16,898 bases of DNA. Source: a bacterium. Its GTDB lineage: Bacteria > SZUA-182 > DTGQ01. Location: NCBI GenBank assembly GCA_040752695.1, contig JBFMGO010000123.1, positions 1-16,898 of the forward strand, read 5' to 3'. Position numbers and translations under genes: made by a program. The notes under the pieces are model-generated. The model was not told the origin of the DNA and did no database searches. It worked only from the letters and a program-made list of their open reading frames with translations. Positions 8,145-14,698 of this stretch are shown piece after piece. The stretch's first letter is position 1. Each line of letters opens with the position of its first letter.

Positions 8145-11100
8145 ATGAAAAAGATGCTCGTGGCGGCTTTACGTATGCCCTTGGGAATTGGATTGCTGGG
8201 GTTATTAATAGCCGTAATGACTATCTGCCCCCATAAGGCAAGGGCTCAGTCTTCCCCGCCGGAAGATATCACAGAACTCAACGCAGCCAGTTGGGCAGCC
8301 TGGGGGGAAGAAACTACGACAGTGGAGGTTGCGGACGACACCACTCTAAAGCTTATTGGCAACTCCTCACTCAGGTTTATCACTGATGGCGGGACCTGTA
8401 TGCGGTATCCAGGCACTATTGCCGCCGATTGGGATTTGACCCGGTTCACGCACCTTGCTATCAGCTTCCTGGCTCACAATTCGCACTCCTTCCAAAGCGG
8501 TAGCCCCTGGATACGTCTGAAGAGCGATGATAACAATTACTTCGAGTACCGGTATTACCAGGGTGGCATACCCTGCGATTTACTCGATGAGGCTGTCAAT
8601 GCCTGGCGTTCATACCGCATCCCCCTCTATGCTTCAGGCACTTCGAATAATGGCTGGCGCAGGATAGCGGTTGGCACACCTACCCTTGCTCAGGTCAGGT
8701 ATCTTGAGATTCATGCCGATACCTGGGATTTTGGATTCACGCTCTGGATCGATGGCGCAGGCTTTAAGACCATGCTGGCCTTACCGGAAGGCCAGATGGC
8801 CGTTGCTCTTAACCACGCCGTTTCAGTGTCATGGCAGCCTGTTGGTGATCCTGCGGGACAATTTGATCACTATGCCATTTATCGATCAACCAGTCCCTTT
8901 ACCTCAGTCAAAGGCATGGTGCCGATCGGCACTGTCAGCAATGTTCAAACCGGCGATTATCTGGATAACACTGCCGCTCGTGGCACAGGCTATTATTATG
9001 CAGTTGCCGCAGTCTCTCGGGAGGGAAAACAGGATAATGACATTACTGATATCGCCTCTATAGGCCCCCGCACGCCACGGGACGAGACGGACCTGCAGGT
9101 TATAGCCATCTCACGCACACCACGATATCCGCGCTATGTCCCAACCTATGCTGTCCATGAAATCACCGAGCCTTCAGGATTCGGGCCGTATATCTTTACA
9201 GCGGCCACCGGCCTTGTCCCTGAGCAGGATGCCAATACCCAGCGTTGGCCAAATATCGGCGACCCTGTGACCTATACGGCTACAGTCCGAAATCGCGGTA
9301 CGAATACCTGGAACAGCAACACCCAAGGCACCTGGTACATCGATGGCAGCGCTGTTGAGCAGACCTCACAGAAGCTGGTTCTTCAGCCTGGCCAGACCGC
9401 CTTTTTCAGTCATCTCTTCCCCTGGGATGGCCAGTTGCATGAAATCGGCTTCAGACTCAAGACCGCCGACTCCCGCTCCGCGAACAACGAGCTGACTATA
9501 GACAGTAAATCCGTACCCATTCTCTGCTGCATTGATACTTCTTACCTTGAGCAATTTCGAGAGGATACTCCTCAGTACCTCCATGCGGTGACCGATGACT
9601 TTATCGATTGGCTGAACAACCAGGCAGCACACCTGAATACCCTGTTCACCGAGGCCGGATGCCAGAAGCAGGTCCATTACGATTGGATAGAAGTATTGAA
9701 TGATAGAGCCGCTGATCCGGCAATTGACGGCCTGCCCTTTCTTATTTTTCCCCTTCGCTTTTATGCCGGCGGGGAGAACTTCCGCGAGTACTCCTCTTAC
9801 TATTATCGGCCTGACGAGGATATTAATTATGGATTTCTTCAAGAGATCGGGCACCAGCTCGGTCTGATCAGCCTCTCTCAGCTCGATGTGCCAGGTGGAG
9901 CGAATCAGGTGAGCGGCTTAAGCTACAGCGGGCCGCAGGGGCTCATGAATGGATGCTCTCCATTTATCTCCCGGCACAGCGCCCTTGCAATGAATCACTG
10001 GCTGGATAAGGCGCAAGGGTATTGGGGCCAGTATATGTATAACCTCCCGGCACAGATGCGGCTTCGGATACTCGATGTTCAGGGACAGCCGCTGCAGGGC
10101 GCAACAGTCAGGATGTATCAATACTGCGAGCGGCCGGGGCAGGGCAAGGTAATCACCGATCAGATCAAAGCCCAAGGGGTAACCGATGCACAGGGAGAAT
10201 TCATCCTGCCGAATGTATCTGTCGATCCCGCCAAAGTGCCTCCGACCTTCGCTGGCGATGTGCTCCGCGACAACCCCTTTGGCTACCTGGATGTTTTGGG
10301 CAGAAATGCTGTGCTGCACTTCCGGGTGGAGTACGGCGGCAGTGTGGATTATGCCTGGCTGGATGCTGCGGAAGCCAATATCGCCTATTTTGCCGGCCAG
10401 ACCGGGACGGCCACTTTTGTGCGCACCCTGGAACTGGACGGCCCGACGCAAGGCCAGCCACCTTTGGATATGACTGAACTCAACGCAGCGGATTGGATCG
10501 CCTGGGCAGGAGACTACTTAAAAGCGGAGGTTGCGGATGACCCCAATACCAGGCTCATTGGCAATGCCTCACTCAAGTTCACCACCGATGGCGGATTTGA
10601 TACCTGTCTTCGTTACCCTTACCATATTACCGCCAATTGGGACCTGACCCAATTCACCCACCTTGCCGTCAGCTTCCTGGCTCTCAATCCGGACTATTTC
10701 TATGGCGGCAGTCCCCTGATACTCCTTAAGGATGACGATAATAACTACTTCGAGTACCAGTACTATAAAGACGGCTGGCCTTACGATCTACTCAATGATG
10801 CCCGCGGCGCCTTTCGCAGGTGCAAGATACCGCTCGATGCCTCCTCCACTGAAAAAAACGGCTGGCGCCGCACGACCTTCGGCACACCGGATATAACCCG
10901 CATCAAGTGTCTCGAAATTCATGCCCGCGCCGGGTCCGGGTTCTCCTTCTGGATCGATGGGGCAGGCTTCGGGACATGGGATGAAGGGCACGATGTTTAT
11001 CCTCAAGAGAGTATCCAGACCGTAATTGACGTCGCTCATAATGGAGATGTGATTACCGTCCATCCGGGAATATACAGGGAGAATATCCACTTTATGGGTA

Positions 11101-14100
11101 AAGCCATAACCCTGAAAAGCACAGACCCGAACGATCCGAACGTGGTAGCCGCTACGGTCCTTGATGGCAATCAGGCGGCACGTGTCGTTACTTTTGATGA
11201 TGGGGCGGGAAGTAGTCCTGTCCTGACCGGATTCACGGTACGAAACGGTAAGGCTGACTATGGTGGCGGAATCTCCTGCTCTTCTCTTTCACCCTTTATT
11301 ACCCATTGCATTATAGCCGGGAATTCGGCCGTAAGGGGCGGCGGTATTATCTGTGATCTTTCCTTGCCCACTATAAGTCATTGTATTATCTATAATAACT
11401 CCGCTGTAGAGGGCGGGGGAATCTCGTGTGAAAGTTATTCCTTCCCCCTTATCACGAATTGTACTATAAGCGGCAATTCGGCGATCGATGGCAGCGGGAT
11501 GTATTGTTCCTATTTGTCCTCACCTTATGTTGTAAACAGCATTCTGTGGAATAATGGTTCGGAAATATCCGCTGAAATATCCGCTGATGAAGCGTCTCAT
11601 CCCAAGCTAAGCTATTGCTGCCTGCGGGGAGGATATGCGGGGCTGGGGAATATGAGCGCTAACCCCTTGTTTGTCGATCCTGCACATGGGGATTATCGGC
11701 TCCGCAGCGGCTCCCCCTGCATCGATGCCGGGCATCCGCGCAGGTATGATGGCGATGCTTCCCGCTCGGATATCGGAGCATACGGCGGAGAAGGAGGATT
11801 GAGCCCCGATCAGGCGACGATAACCGTTGCTGCCGATGGAAGCGGAAATTACGCTCTCATCCAGGATGCCGTTGATTATGCCATCGAGGGAGACACGATC
11901 ATCGTTTCCCCGGGAACGTACCGGGGGAATATAGTCATTGGAGGAAAGAGCATTTCCCTCATGAGTCAACCGGGCATGGATCCCCCGGTTATCGAAGGCT
12001 CAGGGACTGGATTTGTTTTCATGGTGATCAAGGCAGGATTGAAGGGCAGACTGAAAGGATTCATTATCCAGAATAAATCATCCGCCGATCCGGAAAATGA
12101 CTTCAGCGGCGGGGTGTGGTGTGAATCTTCTTCATGGGCAATTACCGATTGTATCTTCAAGGATAATTCCTTTGGAATCGGGTGCTTCGATTCCTCTTCC
12201 ACCATTGCCGATTGCACGATACGTGGTAACTCGTCTACCGGCTATGGTGTCGGGATTTTATGTGAAGCCCTGATCGCTGCCTCCTCCCCGGCCAGACCAA
12301 CCATCATGAATTGTATTATAAGGGAAAATGCTACCGGAATTGAGTGCTACAGTTCCTCCCCGGTCATTACCAATTGCATCATATATGGAAATTCAACTGC
12401 CGCATCCACCGAATATGGCTATGGTGGTGGAATCGTATGTGGATACGGTTCCTCGCCGGTCATTACCAATTGCACCATAAGCGGGAATTCGTCTGCCGAG
12501 GAGAATGGCGGTGGAATCGTGTGTAGTGGATACAATTCCTCACCAGTCATTACGAACAGCATTCTCTGGGGCAATTCACCGTATGAAATGTACATCGAAT
12601 ACGATTCACCGGATGCAGACAGAGCCGTTGTCACCTATTGCGATGTCCGGGGCGGCTGCGATGGTGCGGGCAATATCGATCAAAATCCCCTGTTTTTCGA
12701 CCCCAATGCGGGGGACTACCGTCTGCGGCCCGGCTCGCCCTGTATCGATGCGGGCTCGAACCAGGGGTCTCAAGATATCGATGGCCTGACGAGGCCACAG
12801 GATGGGAATAACGATGGGATGGCTCTATGGGACATGGGGGCCTATGAGTTTACCACATCTACCACAAAAGACGTTATTCCCCCCATTATTACCTGCCCTG
12901 CCGATATGACAGTTCCGGCTGCAGGACCATTGACCATTGTGACCTACTCAGCCTCAGCCACAGCCACGGATGATACGGACCCTGATCCCATAATAGTTTA
13001 CAGCCCTGCGTCAGGCTCCGAATTTTCGCCGGGGACAAGGTGGGTGAGTGTGACTGCCACCGATTCTTCAGGCAATTCCAGCACTTGTACCTTTAAGGTA
13101 ACGGTCGTGGATATCACGCCGCCGCAAATCATCTGTCCATCTGCCATCACGATAAATCATACCATTTCCGCCACCGTTAACACCGTTAACCTTGCCTATC
13201 CGACCGTATTCGATGCCTGTGACCCCAATCCACGGGTTACGAACAATGCCCCGGCAGTCTTCCCACCGGGGAAGACTGCGGTTACCTGGACTGTCATCGA
13301 TGCCTCCGGCAATTTCTCATCCTGCACTCAGGCTGTGACCGTGGTCGATACAACCCCGCCAATGGTGAGCCATTGCCCGTCCGATATCACTGCTTATAAT
13401 GATCCGGGAAAGCAAGGTGCTGCCATAACCTGGATACCTCCAACCTTTACTGATAATTGGCGTATAGCCAGTGTAACCAGTACCCATAAGCCCGGTGATT
13501 TCTTCCCCATAGGAAATACCATAGTCACCTATACAGCTCAGGATGACAACGGGAATAATGCCACGTGCAGCTTTACCGTAACGGTCGCCCCCGATAATGA
13601 ATCCCCTGCGGTATCGATTACGGGGGTAACCGGCAGTCAGTCAGACTTAAGATTGGCAGGCAACTATGGGTATTGGAACGCGGATGAAGCGGTCTTCTGG
13701 AACACAGGTAAAATAGTCATAAGCTACGAAGTATCGGATAATTGTGATCCTCAGCCAGCCATCACCTTTGCTGTAGAACGGGAGGGGGAAATTAAGGATA
13801 CAGGAACACTGAATACCGGCATGAAGACGATAACCATCGATCCTTCCGGGCTTACAGGCAAAGTAAAGGTAACGGTAACAGCCAAAGATGCCAGCACTCG
13901 TTCGGCCTCTGCCTCGACGGAGTTTACGGTTATCCTCCTGGTGCCTGAAGAGAATGTGACTATCAGACCGGCGCAATTTCTGAAAAATTATGGGCTATTT
14001 ACTGCCTCTGTTGAATTTCCAGTGCCCTATGAAGCTCATACCATAAGTGACGCCAAATGTGATGGTGCGCCCCTTTTACGGATGAATGCGAATGTCTATG

Positions 14101-14555
14101 GCAATAATACGGTTGCGTTGAACTTCAGGCGAAGACAGATAGCGGTTTTGCCAGTTGATTCTAACTTCGTCTTGAGAGGTATATTGAATTATAATGGAAA
14201 GCCTGTCTATTTCCAGTCTTCTCGCAAGATACGATGGGTAAGGCAGGGAAGAGAGCTGCGAAGGCAGGGCTTAAGAAGGCAGAACCTAAGAAGGCAGGGC
14301 TTGAAAAGGCAAGACTTAAGAAGGCAGGGCCTAAGAAGGCAGGGCTTGAAAAGGCAAGACTTAAGAAGGCAGGTAATGAGACCGGCAGCGATTGACAAAA
14401 TCGAAACCGTCTTAGAGGCTGAAAAGTCCTGTAACTGCTTAATAAATATTGAGGTCACCCCCACTTTTCGGATAGCTCTCTTAGAGCCTGTCCGAAAAAT
14501 CCTGGAAGGCCGCATCACGGTATGTGCCGAGCCCACTTTTCGGATAGGTTTTTAG
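8145..14555 (+). CDS. Large secreted multidomain protein: signal peptide, duplicated beta-sandwich (CBM-like) domain, FN3-like and CARDB-like Ig folds, degenerate zinc-peptidase-like module, two right-handed beta-helix modules and three HYR-like domains
   Basis: The 2136-aa ORF has an RBS and begins MKK plus a hydrophobic stretch ending ARA|Q (8145-8246). Other cues: FN3-like (VSW...YAIYRST...YYYAVAAV), CARDB-like (GDPVTYTATVRNRG...NNEL), QEIGHQLG, parallel beta-helix repeats (ITNCTISGNSA..GGGI.C), GSPCIDAG...DMGAYE closures, and HYR-like D.TPP.I.CP...F..G.T.V..TA.D..GN...C...VTV three times (about 12870-13590). Confidence 0.9.
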   Translation: MKKMLVAALRMPLGIGLLGLLIAVMTICPHKARAQSSPPEDITELNAASWAAWGEETTTVEVADDTTLKLIGNSSLRFITDGGTCMRYPGTIAADWDLTRFTHLAISFLAHNSHSFQSGSPWIRLKSDDNNYFEYRYYQGGIPCDLLDEAVNAWRSYRIPLYASGTSNNGWRRIAVGTPTLAQVRYLEIHADTWDFGFTLWIDGAGFKTMLALPEGQMAVALNHAVSVSWQPVGDPAGQFDHYAIYRSTSPFTSVKGMVPIGTVSNVQTGDYLDNTAARGTGYYYAVAAVSREGKQDNDITDIASIGPRTPRDETDLQVIAISRTPRYPRYVPTYAVHEITEPSGFGPYIFTAATGLVPEQDANTQRWPNIGDPVTYTATVRNRGTNTWNSNTQGTWYIDGSAVEQTSQKLVLQPGQTAFFSHLFPWDGQLHEIGFRLKTADSRSANNELTIDSKSVPILCCIDTSYLEQFREDTPQYLHAVTDDFIDWLNNQAAHLNTLFTEAGCQKQVHYDWIEVLNDRAADPAIDGLPFLIFPLRFYAGGENFREYSSYYYRPDEDINYGFLQEIGHQLGLISLSQLDVPGGANQVSGLSYSGPQGLMNGCSPFISRHSALAMNHWLDKAQGYWGQYMYNLPAQMRLRILDVQGQPLQGATVRMYQYCERPGQGKVITDQIKAQGVTDAQGEFILPNVSVDPAKVPPTFAGDVLRDNPFGYLDVLGRNAVLHFRVEYGGSVDYAWLDAAEANIAYFAGQTGTATFVRTLELDGPTQGQPPLDMTELNAADWIAWAGDYLKAEVADDPNTRLIGNASLKFTTDGGFDTCLRYPYHITANWDLTQFTHLAVSFLALNPDYFYGGSPLILLKDDDNNYFEYQYYKDGWPYDLLNDARGAFRRCKIPLDASSTEKNGWRRTTFGTPDITRIKCLEIHARAGSGFSFWIDGAGFGTWDEGHDVYPQESIQTVIDVAHNGDVITVHPGIYRENIHFMGKAITLKSTDPNDPNVVAATVLDGNQAARVVTFDDGAGSSPVLTGFTVRNGKADYGGGISCSSLSPFITHCIIAGNSAVRGGGIICDLSLPTISHCIIYNNSAVEGGGISCESYSFPLITNCTISGNSAIDGSGMYCSYLSSPYVVNSILWNNGSEISAEISADEASHPKLSYCCLRGGYAGLGNMSANPLFVDPAHGDYRLRSGSPCIDAGHPRRYDGDASRSDIGAYGGEGGLSPDQATITVAADGSGNYALIQDAVDYAIEGDTIIVSPGTYRGNIVIGGKSISLMSQPGMDPPVIEGSGTGFVFMVIKAGLKGRLKGFIIQNKSSADPENDFSGGVWCESSSWAITDCIFKDNSFGIGCFDSSSTIADCTIRGNSSTGYGVGILCEALIAASSPARPTIMNCIIRENATGIECYSSSPVITNCIIYGNSTAASTEYGYGGGIVCGYGSSPVITNCTISGNSSAEENGGGIVCSGYNSSPVITNSILWGNSPYEMYIEYDSPDADRAVVTYCDVRGGCDGAGNIDQNPLFFDPNAGDYRLRPGSPCIDAGSNQGSQDIDGLTRPQDGNNDGMALWDMGAYEFTTSTTKDVIPPIITCPADMTVPAAGPLTIVTYSASATATDDTDPDPIIVYSPASGSEFSPGTRWVSVTATDSSGNSSTCTFKVTVVDITPPQIICPSAITINHTISATVNTVNLAYPTVFDACDPNPRVTNNAPAVFPPGKTAVTWTVIDASGNFSSCTQAVTVVDTTPPMVSHCPSDITAYNDPGKQGAAITWIPPTFTDNWRIASVTSTHKPGDFFPIGNTIVTYTAQDDNGNNATCSFTVTVAPDNESPAVSITGVTGSQSDLRLAGNYGYWNADEAVFWNTGKIVISYEVSDNCDPQPAITFAVEREGEIKDTGTLNTGMKTITIDPSGLTGKVKVTVTAKDASTRSASASTEFTVILLVPEENVTIRPAQFLKNYGLFTASVEFPVPYEAHTISDAKCDGAPLLRMNANVYGNNTVALNFRRRQIAVLPVDSNFVLRGILNYNGKPVYFQSSRKIRWVRQGRELRRQGLRRQNLRRQGLKRQDLRRQGLRRQGLKRQDLRRQVMRPAAIDKIETVLEAEKSCNCLINIEVTPTFRIALLEPVRKILEGRITVCAEPTFRIGF
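8256..8765 (+). repeat. Copy 1 of an internally duplicated ~170-aa domain
   Basis: PPEDITELNAASW...WDLTRFTHLAISFLA...DNNYFEY...NGWRR...WIDGAGF aligns with 10458-10970. Confidence 0.9.
10458..10970 (+). repeat. Copy 2 of an internally duplicated ~170-aa domain
   Basis: PPLDMTELNAADW...WDLTQFTHLAVSFLA...DNNYFEY...NGWRR...WIDGAGF. Confidence 0.9.
14262..14381 (+). repeat. Eight 15-bp tandem units (consensus AGGCAGGGCTTAAGA) encoding RQGLR-like pentapeptides
   Basis: Units start at 14262, 14277, 14292, 14307, 14322, 14337, 14352 and 14367. The higher-order 45-bp blocks 14277-14321 and 14322-14366 match at 43/45 positions. Confidence 0.95.
14412..14483. mobile_element. Putative ~66-bp MITE-like element 1 (degenerate left end), TTA-flanked
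   Basis: It reads TTA-GAGGCTGAAAAGT...ACTTTTCGGATAGCTCTC-TTA and shares the 16-mer CCCACTTTTCGGATAG with element 2. Confidence 0.45.
14481..14554. mobile_element. Putative ~68-bp MITE-like element 2, TTA-flanked
   Basis: It reads TTA-GAGCCTGTCCGAAAA...TTTTCGGATAGGTTT-TTA. The terminal inverted repeats match at 12/15 positions. Confidence 0.55.
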
Positions 14556-14674
14556 TACACATTGCTTTGAACTACCCGGCCAGATAGCCCCCTCTCCCCT
14601 TGAGGGGAGAGGGTTGGAGTGGAGGGGATTCAAAGTATAACAGGCCGTCCGGGTAATTCCCTTGTAGTGTACCA
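14553..14674. mobile_element. Putative ~120-bp MITE/REP-like element 3 with bipartite terminal inverted repeats and an internal GC hairpin
   Basis: The left end is TAGTACAC-N8-GAACTACCCGG. The reverse complement of the right end is TGGTACAC-N7-GAATTACCCGG. The internal hairpin CCCTCTCCCCT-TG-AGGGGAGAGGG is perfect. Confidence 0.6.
14590..14613. terminator. Strong GC hairpin between convergent genes (REP-like; possible bidirectional terminator)
   Basis: CCCTCTCCCCT and AGGGGAGAGGG form perfect 11-bp inverted arms. There is no U-tract on either side. Confidence 0.45.
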
Positions 14675-14698
14675 AGGGGGAAATATTATGAAGCCAGA

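Noticed and set aside
8256..12560. Internal repeats of the large gene as DGR template/variable repeats
   Set aside because: Differences between copies are not adenine-specific and many are synonymous. All copies are in-frame coding, and no reverse transcriptase is in the window.
14262..14554. CRISPR array
   Set aside because: The 15-bp units are contiguous without spacers. The ~70-bp units number only two with imperfect repeats, and no cas genes are present.
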